A stretch of DNA of 64,000 nt from an uncultured Spirochaetota bacterium (GCA_963820525.1 CAWGAA010000001.1:2767465-2831464); one strand, 5' to 3'; shown: positions 30,309-39,794, counted from the stretch's first letter. Numbers and translations: made by a program. Notes: generated by a model from the letters alone, not told the origin.

Positions 30309-30324
30309 GTTTGGGCTTTGAACG

Positions 30325-30942
30325 CTATCGCGGCGATTGCTTGAAAAGCCCCTGAGCGAGCAGCCCTAGATAAAAAGAAGCCATCTGACGCGGCGTGAAT
30401 GCCCGGGGGTGGTCCATCCACCAGAAGGCAAGGCCCATGAGGATGGAGGTCAAGACGCGGGTTGCTAGGGGCAGGGGGATGGAGAGGTGCTCCTCTCCAA
30501 CAACCCGCAACCTGCTCTCTTGGAGAAAGTCGTCAACAAAAGCCTCCATCTGTTCCAGCAGTATCGGGCCTGCCGCTCCTGATATCAGGGGGCGGAAGAT
30601 TTTCTCATGACGGTGGACCATCTCGAAGAAAGTGGAAACTCTCACGAGCACCCTGTCCGGGTTGGCAGAGCCGGGGGGAGCGGACGCGTCGATGCGGGCA
30701 AAGAAATCACCCAGGAGTGAGGCCAGACCTCTATCCAGAAGATCCGAGGTGCCCTCGAAATGTCGATAAAAAGTGGCGCGATTCACGCCCGCGCACCTCG
30801 CGATTTGAGCCACGCTCACCTTTTTCATCCCTTGCACCGCGCAGATCTCGATGAACGCCTCGACAAGAGTATTTCTGGTCCTGCTGGAGCGATTGTCCAA
30901 GGCTTGGGGGCGGGCCGCGCCTGTCCGGCGTACCGGCTTCAC
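30325..30942 (-). CDS. TetR-family transcriptional regulator
   Basis: 205 aa. HTH MKKVSVAQIARCAGVNRATFYRHF. GTG start preceded by GGAGGA. Confidence 0.85.
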   Translation of the reverse strand: MKPVRRTGAARPQALDNRSSRTRNTLVEAFIEICAVQGMKKVSVAQIARCAGVNRATFYRHFEGTSDLLDRGLASLLGDFFARIDASAPPGSANPDRVLVRVSTFFEMVHRHEKIFRPLISGAAGPILLEQMEAFVDDFLQESRLRVVGEEHLSIPLPLATRVLTSILMGLAFWWMDHPRAFTPRQMASFYLGLLAQGLFKQSPR

Positions 30943-31065
30943 ATTTCCTCCATAAAGCGTTGCAGATGCGACAGTTTTTGCCGGATCTGTTGCCTGGCAA
31001 CAAGGCCTCTTTCGCTGACAGCGCGCATCTACCTCACTATAGTCCTGCCATGAACGTCACACAAC

Positions 31066-31770
31066 ATGACGGCGCATAACCAGGGGGAAGGAATGAAAGA
31101 TCGCGGGAAAGTTCAAAAGAGGTTTCTTCAAGTAGCGTTCCAGATCGTTCTCTTCGCAGTGCTGCTGTTTGTTTCCGCCGGCAGGCTGGCATGGGTTTGG
31201 GCCTGGATATATATCGGATTGTATGTCCTCGTTGTTGCGGTGAACGCATTCGTCCTGCCACCCGACCTGATCGAGGAGCGCGGCAGATCCAAGGAAAACG
31301 TCAAGCCGTGGGACAGACTGATTATGACGCTGAATATCCTTCCTGCTTTAAGCCTGTTGATCGTGGCCGGCCTGGACTTTCGCTTGGGATGGACTTTTCC
31401 TTTTGCGGCTTGGATTCGGGTGGCTGCAGCGGCCATCATGATCCTGGGAAATGCTCTGTTTACTTGGGCCATGATATCAAACCACTACTTCTCAACCGCG
31501 GTGCGCCTTCAGCTCGATCGAAATCATCAGGTGGCGACCGGAGGCCCGTATAGATACGTTCGCCACCCCGGGTACGTCGGGTTTATCGTCTTGAATCTGG
31601 CTACGCCTCTCATTCTGGGGTCCCTTTGGGCGCTGATTCCGGCAGCCGTCATGATGGTGCTTTTCATCGTTCGCACCGCTTTAGAGGATGCAACGCTGAG
31701 GAAAGAGCTGGATGGCTATCAAGAGTATGCGATGAGGGTTCGCTACAAGCTAGTCCTGGGGATTTGGTGA
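31066..31770 (+). CDS. Isoprenylcysteine carboxyl methyltransferase (ICMT/PEMT)-family membrane protein
   Basis: 234 aa, multi-TM. GPYRYVRHPGYVGFIV motif. ATG 31093 is an alternative start. Confidence 0.75.
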   Translation: MTAHNQGEGMKDRGKVQKRFLQVAFQIVLFAVLLFVSAGRLAWVWAWIYIGLYVLVVAVNAFVLPPDLIEERGRSKENVKPWDRLIMTLNILPALSLLIVAGLDFRLGWTFPFAAWIRVAAAAIMILGNALFTWAMISNHYFSTAVRLQLDRNHQVATGGPYRYVRHPGYVGFIVLNLATPLILGSLWALIPAAVMMVLFIVRTALEDATLRKELDGYQEYAMRVRYKLVLGIW

Positions 31771-32139
31771 GCTGAGCGGGCCAAGTCTCTTAAGGGGATC
31801 AGCTCTATTGAAGAGGGCAATCGGTTTCTTCGGGCTGTATTCACGGAGAAGCTCAACAAAAAGCTGGCTGTTCTTCCTGTTTCACAGACCAACTTTCACC
31901 ACCTCGTGGACCACAGACTTGATCTGCGGAGGATGCTTTGCTGGGAAGAACTACACAGCGTTAGCCATGACCGGGTGGTAAGACACCGTAGCCTTTTGTA
32001 TCAGATCCTTCGGGACAACCGCCCAAGGCCAAGACACAAGGATCATGTGATTGTTCAGGGCTGGTTGGATGGCTCTTTGCATATCTATTTCAAGGGCAAG
32101 GAGCTGAAGGTACAGAAAGTGACGGACATTTCCAGGTAA
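31771..32139 (+). pseudogene. C-terminal remnant of a DDE transposase (ISNCY-like)
   Basis: Open frame directly after the ICMT stop codon. Reads ...GISSIEEGNRFLRAVFTEKLNKKLAVLPVSQTNFHHLVD..LDLRRMLCWEELHSVSHDRVVRHRSLLYQILRDNRPRPRHKDHVIVQGWLDGSLHIYFKGKELKVQKV. This resembles only the C-terminal third of ISNCY-type transposases. No start codon or catalytic core is present. Confidence 0.6.
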
Positions 32140-32192
32140 GAGGTCTGATGGGGACATTTCTAATGAGTCTGGACAATGCGTAGCACGCGCTC

Positions 32193-32221
32193 TTGACAAG
32201 AGCTATGCCTGCTGCTACTGT
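32193..32221 (+). promoter_or_regulatory. Possible sigma70-like promoter of the island operon
   Basis: TTGACA (32193..32198), a 17-nt spacer, then TACTGT (32216..32221). Lies 160 nt upstream of the first island ATG. Hexamer match only. Confidence 0.25.
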
Positions 32222-32381
32222 TTTATTTCGCAGGGGAAAGAGTTTATCTCGCCCAACAGTACTACCTTGATGAAGGGGGTAGTCTATCCTAAGGGCTAGC
32301 TATATCAGACTTTCGCAGCCAATCAGCCTTTCAAGGCTAAGAGAATGCTGAATTCAATAAAGTAGGCTACCTCGCACTGGA

Positions 32382-34358
32382 ATGGAGATGATGAGCGCAA
32401 CCAAGAAAGCTACAACCTCAAAGTCGTCAAAGATTGCCTCGGGCTCATCTACAAAAGCTCGTAAGATCACTTTGAGGCCTTTGTCATCACCCCTAAAGGT
32501 CAAATCAACTTCCGTATCTGACTCCCATAGGTCCATCATGGTGATTTCCGAGAACGGCAAGGAAGTCCGGCTACTTCTACACCGTTTTGCACTCGTCGGG
32601 CCCAGCGACAAGATCTTGTTGGACTCGGCACAAGCCTCCCGAATTTTTGTTGAGTCTGCGGATCCATCTAGAAAGGCCATACCCGTTTCGCCGCACTTTG
32701 AGAAAAGGTCAACTTTACGCTTGGGAGCAAGAGACTATTCGATTCTCGTGAAGGAAATAACCACTCCAAGCGACCTCAAGGAATACGAGTATCTAGAGGG
32801 CTTTCACTATAAGACTTCCTCTGCCATCGTTACTGACGAAGATGAGCCGAGCAAAAGCGGCCTCAATGTTGGTGGAAGAAAAGCCATACTTATCGCCTAC
32901 ATCCAAGTTGGCAAGCGCATGATACCTGCCGGGTACATAGATCTCCAAATGCCTTTGCTAATGGTAAAGCCAAGACACGAGCTCTTTAACAACGGCTTTT
33001 TCCACCCTGATCGCGATATCTCTTGGGATACATGGGATATCAAGAGCATGAGGAAATACGTAAATCTGATTGTTAGGATTGCAAGAATAGTGACAAGCCC
33101 CGATCTTAGGGGCTTAGGTCTTGCACGCATAATAATCGATGCTGCTAAAGACTATGCCAGAGAACGGTGGCATGTCTATGGCAAGTCTCCACTCTTCATG
33201 GAAATCTCAGCTGAAATGCTCAAGTACATGGACTTCGTGACATCTGCTGGAATGCATTTTGTCGGTAACACCGAAGGAAATCTTTCGAGAGTTCACAAAG
33301 ATCTACTTCAAATGCAGAGAGGCCAGAAACTCACTTTTGGGATTATGACACTTCAGAAAAAGTATCTCACGAACTTAAGGCATCTATCGGAAAGTCTACA
33401 CATCTCTTTTCCAGAGGTGCTCGATAGACTGAAGGCACTTACTAAAAACTCTAGCGAAAAAGAGCTTCGATCAAAACTGAATAAATTGAGTGGTCAAGAA
33501 TGGTTCCTATTCAAAAGAGTGCTCAGATTCCCTATTCCATATTTTATATGTGGCCTAGATGATGCGTCCGAATCATTTGTACAAAAACACTCACTAACCC
33601 CTCCAAGCAAGACTACCCAAAACAAGACATTTCAATCTGCAAGGATTGGACTTAAGGATATTAGAGCTACCTCGACATACGAGATCCCAGACAGTGAGCA
33701 AGCTCGCGCGATACGTGACTGTTTTGGACTTGATGGGAATACTTTGAAGGTATCTCTCGTCGGACCTGTCACAATAGAGGCCTCGGGGGGAAACATCATT
33801 CTGATTACGGGTCCAAGCGGAAGCGGAAAAAGTGTACTTTTGCGAGCAATCGCAGATGACAGTGAGACGAAACTAATTCATACCACATATATAAAAACCG
33901 TTGACAAACCATTCGTAGTTGGTTGGCTGACCGAAATTAATAGTGATAAACCCATTATTGAATACTTCAGTGGTATTTGGGGAATGGAATCCTCTATTTC
34001 TGCATTAAATCAAGCAGGATTGTCCGAAGCATTTGTATATCTGAGGCCATATAAACTCTTAAGTAGAGGACAACAATATCGTGCGCGTCTAGCTGCGCTT
34101 AGCCTTGGCTCGGCTAACGTTTGGCTTATGGATGAGTTCTGCGCAGACCTTGATCCCTTCACTGCCCGAATTGTATCAAATAATTTGCGGAAGCACGTTG
34201 TGAGAACTGGAAGGATCGCGATAGTTGCCGCAGCAAACAACGCTCACTACATAGACGCGTTGATGCCCAACAGGATCATCTACCTTAGGCACAACGGCCG
34301 TTGCGAGGTATTTAAATATAAGGAATACATAGATGAGTTTCGTATCAACGCAAGCTGA
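32382..34358 (+). CDS. Island gene 1: GNAT-like acetyltransferase domain fused to a C-terminal ABC-type ATPase
   Basis: 658 aa. GNAT acetyl-CoA loop IVRIARIVTSPDLRGLGLARIIIDAA (R-G-L-G-L-A from 33108). Walker A GPSGSGKS at 33810..33833. ABC signature LSRGQQ at 34059..34076. Walker B VWLMDEF at 34119..34139. No TM domain. Confidence 0.8.
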   Translation: MEMMSATKKATTSKSSKIASGSSTKARKITLRPLSSPLKVKSTSVSDSHRSIMVISENGKEVRLLLHRFALVGPSDKILLDSAQASRIFVESADPSRKAIPVSPHFEKRSTLRLGARDYSILVKEITTPSDLKEYEYLEGFHYKTSSAIVTDEDEPSKSGLNVGGRKAILIAYIQVGKRMIPAGYIDLQMPLLMVKPRHELFNNGFFHPDRDISWDTWDIKSMRKYVNLIVRIARIVTSPDLRGLGLARIIIDAAKDYARERWHVYGKSPLFMEISAEMLKYMDFVTSAGMHFVGNTEGNLSRVHKDLLQMQRGQKLTFGIMTLQKKYLTNLRHLSESLHISFPEVLDRLKALTKNSSEKELRSKLNKLSGQEWFLFKRVLRFPIPYFICGLDDASESFVQKHSLTPPSKTTQNKTFQSARIGLKDIRATSTYEIPDSEQARAIRDCFGLDGNTLKVSLVGPVTIEASGGNIILITGPSGSGKSVLLRAIADDSETKLIHTTYIKTVDKPFVVGWLTEINSDKPIIEYFSGIWGMESSISALNQAGLSEAFVYLRPYKLLSRGQQYRARLAALSLGSANVWLMDEFCADLDPFTARIVSNNLRKHVVRTGRIAIVAAANNAHYIDALMPNRIIYLRHNGRCEVFKYKEYIDEFRINAS

Positions 34359-35730
34359 AAAGTTTGCAGCGGTTTTCGATAGATCTCCTTATCAGTCCAC
34401 TGATCCGATCGTTAAAATTCAGTACGTTCAAAAGGGCAATAATGTTGTTTTTGGTCGAACTCTATCAGGCGAGAACTATGACAAACTAATCTACCTCGGC
34501 AAGGTTTACGAGAATACCGCCGGGAAAAACTACCTTAGTTCAGACGCTTGGCTGGATGTTGGCTACCCGCACGTAATCTATATTACGGGAACGCGAGGAA
34601 GCGGGAAGAGCTTTGACTTAGGCGTCTTGATCGAAGGCATTTCCGAGCTATCTAATCCATCAACAGCGCAGAACAACGTCCAGCCTATCTGCTCGATAGT
34701 AATTGATACGCAGAGCCAATTCTGGACTCTAAACTATACGCCAAACCCGGCTGTCAAGGAGAACAAGGAGCAACTAGCCGAACTTAAGAAATGGAATATT
34801 AGTCCCAATTCTCTGAAGCATTGCAGGCTTTATATTCCTCCCTCAACCGAGAGAATAACAAACACTGAAACCATATTCCAGATTCGAACATCCGACGTAC
34901 GACATGAAGAATGGTGTGCTTTAATCGGTGAGCAAATATACAGTCCTCAAGGGCATGTCCTTGGCCAAGCTCTTGAGGATCTTTCTGGAAAGGCCTATTC
35001 GCTTGAAGATCTGATCTCGTATGTTGCAAATGGAGACAATTGGGATAATGTTCCTGAAGTCTCTCGAAATGCAATCGTCTATAAGCTTGAGGGTTACCGT
35101 CGAACAGGGCTTTTCAGTGCAAAAGGAATCGACATTTGCACGCTACTTTCACCTGGTCAGTGTTCAGTATTTCTTTTGCGGGATCTTAGGAACGAAGACA
35201 AAGCCCTAATCACTTCTCTGATAGCACGCCAACTTTCAAGCATCTTGGGTGCTCACCATAAAAAGCTCAAAGTCAGCAAATTCTTCGAAAGAAAGGAAGA
35301 GGACGACGGACTTCCAAATACAGTTTGGATGTTTATAGATGAGGCTCATGTGGTTGCTCCAAACGGTTCAGTGTCTCCTGCCACCAATGCTCTTATAGAT
35401 TATGTAAAGCGTGGTAGAGATGCAGGACTGTCCTTGGTAATGGCCACGCAACAACCCTCTGCTGTTGATGATAGAATATTGAGCCAAGTCAATATCACAT
35501 TCTCGCATAGACTTACATTTCAAAATGACATAAGTGCTGCGATAAACCGAATACCTACTAAGCTTCTAAAGGACTTGAAATATGCAGGAAGAGATATAAC
35601 AGATTTTGGCGACATGCTTCGGTATCTCGAGGCTGGTGAATGTTTCTTGGGCGATCACAACACTAGCAGAGCTGTCTTGGTTTCTATTAGGCCAAGGGTG
35701 ACTCCTCATGGTGGTTATAACCCAAGCTAA
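34333..35730 (+). CDS. Island gene 2: HerA/FtsK-like (DUF87-type) P-loop ATPase
   Basis: 465 aa. Walker A GTRGSGKS at 34588..34611. Walker B VWMFIDEAH at 35323..35349. LVMATQQPSAVDDRILSQVNITFSHRL is typical of HerA-clade ATPases. AAGGAA SD; 26-nt overlap with gene 1. Confidence 0.8.
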   Translation: MSFVSTQAEKFAAVFDRSPYQSTDPIVKIQYVQKGNNVVFGRTLSGENYDKLIYLGKVYENTAGKNYLSSDAWLDVGYPHVIYITGTRGSGKSFDLGVLIEGISELSNPSTAQNNVQPICSIVIDTQSQFWTLNYTPNPAVKENKEQLAELKKWNISPNSLKHCRLYIPPSTERITNTETIFQIRTSDVRHEEWCALIGEQIYSPQGHVLGQALEDLSGKAYSLEDLISYVANGDNWDNVPEVSRNAIVYKLEGYRRTGLFSAKGIDICTLLSPGQCSVFLLRDLRNEDKALITSLIARQLSSILGAHHKKLKVSKFFERKEEDDGLPNTVWMFIDEAHVVAPNGSVSPATNALIDYVKRGRDAGLSLVMATQQPSAVDDRILSQVNITFSHRLTFQNDISAAINRIPTKLLKDLKYAGRDITDFGDMLRYLEAGECFLGDHNTSRAVLVSIRPRVTPHGGYNPS

Positions 35731-36910
35731 CCCATATCTCACAATTAGTCGTAAAATTGGCTACTCTGTCGGCCTTGAATCACTCAACGAACGTGTCTTT
35801 GAGCTTGTAAAGCTCTACGATACTGAAAAAGGGCTTTCCTTTGCTTCATTTACCAATCTTGTAGAGAAGACATATGCTCGCAAGAATGCTGTGGAACATT
35901 TTGCCAATTTTTATGGTACACTTAATCTTGTTAGGCTTGTCGGAAGAGATATTGAGCCGCTTTTCAGATTAGACACTCTTGCTATTCTACGCAGACTCTT
36001 CCTTGATGACGAACCAAAATTCTTACTATGTCAACGAATCATTCTGACCCTGCTAATCATTGAGGCAGACGGGGATGTATTCCTTAATGGCCTCTTCGCT
36101 GATTTCAAGCCAAACGAGATGAAGACAAAGCTCGAAGCGATGTCCTTCACAAAAATCCAGCGTCTACAGACTGTATTTCCGACGAAAGCCTTGTTAGCGC
36201 AAATGGCTAGCATAATAAACATCAAAAACCAAACTCAGAAGAATGCAATTTCAGATGAAAAGCTTGGTCGCTTCGAAAAACGTAAAATGCCACTTGAGAT
36301 GGGAAAAAGAACTACAAGCCTAGATACTTCAGTTTATTTGACGCAAAACATCTCTGAAGACTACCTTGACAAGACCAGCAAGACAAGAAAGGGATGGGCA
36401 CAAGACTTATTGCTGTTTAAAGGAGAGAAGCGAACGGCCATAGGGGACAAACTGTTGAGCTTTCTATTTGAGAATATAGTCTCCACCGACATTGAACGCA
36501 GTTGTATACTTTATTGGGGCTATAAATCTGATCTAGACCGTATTCGAGTTGACCCCTCAAAAATCAGTGCTATTTCCTTCGAAGAATGGGATCTCATCTC
36601 TCAGATTTCAAAGGCCTATAAAGGGGAAACTTCCGTGGGGACACAGAAACTCTCCGATGATCAATTGTACAAGCTGTTCTTAAAAATGCATCAACTTTAT
36701 AGAGAAGCGTCCTCTTCACGGGGATCTATTCGAAACAGTTTACCCTTGTATATCGCTGAGCCAATTCTCGCTGCGTATTGCGTTGCAAAGAACATTCGGT
36801 TGCCCGACATAAACGCCTATCTAAAGAAAGAGTTCACTCGACCAGTTCGACGTATCCAAAGAATGATAATCCGTGGTACCCTCGGAGCGCTTTACTTCAT
36901 GAAGGAATAA
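35708..36910 (+). CDS. Island gene 3: hypothetical protein, no recognisable motif
   Basis: 400-aa ORF with island-like composition. Overlaps gene 2 by 23 nt and ends 1 nt before gene 4. Confidence 0.65.
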   Translation: MVVITQANPYLTISRKIGYSVGLESLNERVFELVKLYDTEKGLSFASFTNLVEKTYARKNAVEHFANFYGTLNLVRLVGRDIEPLFRLDTLAILRRLFLDDEPKFLLCQRIILTLLIIEADGDVFLNGLFADFKPNEMKTKLEAMSFTKIQRLQTVFPTKALLAQMASIINIKNQTQKNAISDEKLGRFEKRKMPLEMGKRTTSLDTSVYLTQNISEDYLDKTSKTRKGWAQDLLLFKGEKRTAIGDKLLSFLFENIVSTDIERSCILYWGYKSDLDRIRVDPSKISAISFEEWDLISQISKAYKGETSVGTQKLSDDQLYKLFLKMHQLYREASSSRGSIRNSLPLYIAEPILAAYCVAKNIRLPDINAYLKKEFTRPVRRIQRMIIRGTLGALYFMKE

Positions 36911-36911
36911 T

Positions 36912-37796
36912 ATGGCTGTACACATCACCAAAGAGTTTCTCAACGATCTAAGAGAGGCCGATGATCTAAGGTTTGTCAGACAAGTATTGAATCACACGAT
37001 AGACCGTGACGGTGATTTTGCAGACGACAAGGATGATCATAGATATAAGGACATCGATGATGCTTGGATACGCTGCGTCAGTAAAGGCGCAACTGCTTTC
37101 CGGGTAATATTCATAAGAAAAGGTTCAGACATATATCTCTATAGAGCTGGACATCATGACATTGAAGATCATTTGGCGCCTGCGCGCTCCTTTTCCTCGT
37201 CTATTACACTGGCAGAAGGCCCAATCAAACAGCCTCAAGAATATAAAGAGCAAGTTCCTCAGCAGATTTTTCTTAAGAACTCTGAACCTGCCTTCATAAA
37301 CAAGTTCCTGATAAGCATGTATCACTTGAGGCATCATGAGATCTACATTGTGTCTCCTTTTCTGGACTTGCCGATTCTATCTAGCAAGCATCACTTTGGT
37401 AGATTCCTTGACAAAGCAAAGGAAGAGGGAACCGATGTTATTTTGATCACGCTACCTCCAAAAAATGACGATGAGATTACTGTTTTTAGAGACTTGGAGT
37501 TACGAGATATTCGAGTATTCTTTCTTCCTAGACTGCACACAAAGCTATATATCTTTAATGTGGACCTTGAATCGAGAACTTTCTATCAGCGCGGTGTCTT
37601 CGGAACAGCTGTACTCGGATCCTCCAATTTGACATGCCCGGGTCTTGGTTTCGATGAACTGCAGCCTAATGAAGAGCTTTGTTCCACGTTTCACACCGAT
37701 AGAATTGACGAATTGAAGGATTATGTTCTAAAGTTGATGTTTCGCTCTCAGGACTTTACAGATTTTATGCAAAGAAGAAGGAGACAGCAACGATGA
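36912..37796 (+). CDS. Island gene 4: RelE/ParE-like N-terminal domain fused to a PLD-family (single HKD) nuclease domain
   Basis: 294 aa. N-terminus WIRCVSKGATAFRVIFIRKGSDIYLYRAGHHDIED resembles the RelE/ParE C-terminal strands. HKD motif LHTKLYIF...VLGSSNLT at 37536..37628. GAAGGA SD. Confidence 0.75.
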   Translation: MAVHITKEFLNDLREADDLRFVRQVLNHTIDRDGDFADDKDDHRYKDIDDAWIRCVSKGATAFRVIFIRKGSDIYLYRAGHHDIEDHLAPARSFSSSITLAEGPIKQPQEYKEQVPQQIFLKNSEPAFINKFLISMYHLRHHEIYIVSPFLDLPILSSKHHFGRFLDKAKEEGTDVILITLPPKNDDEITVFRDLELRDIRVFFLPRLHTKLYIFNVDLESRTFYQRGVFGTAVLGSSNLTCPGLGFDELQPNEELCSTFHTDRIDELKDYVLKLMFRSQDFTDFMQRRRRQQR

Positions 37797-38932
37797 TTGC
37801 TCCGGAGACATTTTATAAAGCTGCCAATCTGAGGGACAATCCTTTTCGAACAAACCCTGCCGCCGAGGCAGATCCTCGAAGAGGCATCTGGATAGGGTAT
37901 CTGAATGAAAGAAACACGTTGACGAAGTATCTCCAGCGTTCTTTGTCTGACAACGTTGGGAATATCAACTTTGTAATGATTTACGGCGAATTGGGTAATG
38001 GCAAATCGCACGCTCTGCTTTGGTCTCAGCATTTGGTGCTTGTTGCAGAAAACGAGAAATACAACAGTGTTGCATATTATATTCAAAGCCTAAAGCGCGA
38101 CAAAGGCAAAATGTCATTTGTCTCAGCGTTCAATGAAGACATTGTTGGCAAGTCCAATCTTGCGGGAGATCTCCTAATCTATAAACAGTTTGTCTCTGAA
38201 TGCATAATCGAGTATAAGCGAGATAACGCGCTCGGACCTGATGTAAGCAATGATAAGGTGGCTGAGCGACTCATTCCATCAATGGATATGCGTAATACGC
38301 TTACAAAAATTCTGAAATGTGAAACCGAGGACAATATAAGAGGCCTCTTAGGCACTGACACAGACTACTCTGCGATGCTGCTCTTCTGCCAAATTGTGAA
38401 TCTGTTTGTTCACCCTTATGAACTTGCAGCAGGCAAGAAGAGATACAAGAAATGCGTCTATCTCTTCATTGACGAGATGGACGTTCTAGGTGAAGTCCCT
38501 CCCAAAGAAGCCAGAGATGTTAACGCCTTGTTACGACATATCTATGACCTTTGCCCAAATTGCTTCTTCCTTGGGCTTGGCTTCACTGCAACTGCCGCTG
38601 AGCTTGGGGTTCTTTTCGATGAATTTGTTCTTTCTAGAGTTTCGAAGCAAATCACTCTGCAGTTCATGCAGCCTGTAGAAGCTCAGGACTTCATTCGCCA
38701 AATACTCAATACAGTTCGAATTGATAACAAGAAGCACATTGATTATTTCCCATTCACGGAAGACGCGGTTGGGACAATAGTCTCACGAATGGTGTCAATA
38801 ACTCCACGAAAAATCGTTAATCAAATGCTGCAGATACTCGAAGAATGTCGCCTAGCAGATCTTGATCCGTCAAAGGCTCCGATCTCTACAACCCAACTCG
38901 ATGAAAAGGAGATATGGGAGATGGTGGATTGA
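37793..38932 (+). CDS. Island gene 5: P-loop NTPase (AAA/STAND-like, possibly BrxC/BrxD-DUF2791-related)
   Basis: 379 aa. Walker A GELGNGKS at 37985..38008. Walker B VYLFIDEMD at 38456..38482. ATGA overlap with gene 4; GAAGGAG SD. Confidence 0.75.
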   Translation: MIAPETFYKAANLRDNPFRTNPAAEADPRRGIWIGYLNERNTLTKYLQRSLSDNVGNINFVMIYGELGNGKSHALLWSQHLVLVAENEKYNSVAYYIQSLKRDKGKMSFVSAFNEDIVGKSNLAGDLLIYKQFVSECIIEYKRDNALGPDVSNDKVAERLIPSMDMRNTLTKILKCETEDNIRGLLGTDTDYSAMLLFCQIVNLFVHPYELAAGKKRYKKCVYLFIDEMDVLGEVPPKEARDVNALLRHIYDLCPNCFFLGLGFTATAAELGVLFDEFVLSRVSKQITLQFMQPVEAQDFIRQILNTVRIDNKKHIDYFPFTEDAVGTIVSRMVSITPRKIVNQMLQILEECRLADLDPSKAPISTTQLDEKEIWEMVD

Positions 38933-39792
38933 GCAAGAAAATTGTCGGCGCAAAGACGAAGGCTCAGAAAGTCCTCGATGGCTTTGCGCAGTCAGAATGT
39001 CTCCCCATAGTGCAATCCATATCATCCATGCTAATTCGACTCCAAACAGCGTTTGACCTCCTTGGCAAATCGATTATGCACACTGACCAGAACTCTTCTC
39101 CTGTCATAGATCCTTCCACCATCCTTGAAGCAATTGAAAGCATGAAGCTTTCAGAGTTTTCTCTTGATAAAGATGCTGTAGATAATGCTCGCAAATGGGC
39201 AATTTTCCAACTTGCCACGACCTATAGCAACCTTGGAGAGTTGATTCGACAACACTGTGCCGAGCGAGCGATAAAGATAGACGGCGGCCCACGATCTTTC
39301 ATTCTTGCTAATTTTCTGCATATTGTAATCGATTTTGAATCAAATGCCGTGTTTATAGAAGACAAAAAACTCGAGCGACTATCCACTTCCGCTATTCTTA
39401 AGTTGATCGATGCGGAAATTTCGAATGAAAACAAAAGAAGCCCGAGCTCGAGTGAATTCCTACTTGCTTGTTATCGGGCATATAGCTACCTCATAAAGGC
39501 TTCTGCTCAAGAGTATGGTACTCCTATGAGAGTTCGCGATGTTTACAAACAGATTATTATTGCGAGTCAGCCGGAGAAATTTTGGAAGAACCCCAATCGC
39601 GCAAACCTATTTGAATATGATGAACATCTCTTCAAGCGAGATCTTGTACGACTCTTTCTTGAGAACTCTTCGGCCCTTCCAACTGGTGAAAGTATTGAGC
39701 TATTGCCTACTGCCTTTCCTAAACAAGGGATTCCAATCCCTTTGCCCGAAGGCACAAGATACATCGGTCATATTGCCTTCCGCAGAGCATAA
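38914..39792 (+). CDS. Island gene 6: hypothetical protein, no recognisable motif
   Basis: 292-aa ORF. 19-nt overlap with gene 5; ends 2 nt before gene 7. Start uncertain because the SD is too close to ATG 38914. Confidence 0.6.
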   Translation: MGDGGLSKKIVGAKTKAQKVLDGFAQSECLPIVQSISSMLIRLQTAFDLLGKSIMHTDQNSSPVIDPSTILEAIESMKLSEFSLDKDAVDNARKWAIFQLATTYSNLGELIRQHCAERAIKIDGGPRSFILANFLHIVIDFESNAVFIEDKKLERLSTSAILKLIDAEISNENKRSPSSSEFLLACYRAYSYLIKASAQEYGTPMRVRDVYKQIIIASQPEKFWKNPNRANLFEYDEHLFKRDLVRLFLENSSALPTGESIELLPTAFPKQGIPIPLPEGTRYIGHIAFRRA

Positions 39793-39794
39793 CA

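Noticed and set aside
31771-32381. Search for a tRNA gene, integrase or att repeats at the island borders (also 47591..47847)
   Set aside because: No T-loop-like GGTTCGAATCC-type sequence and no tyrosine or serine recombinase motifs were found by eye. The border is defined only by the composition change and the transposase stump.
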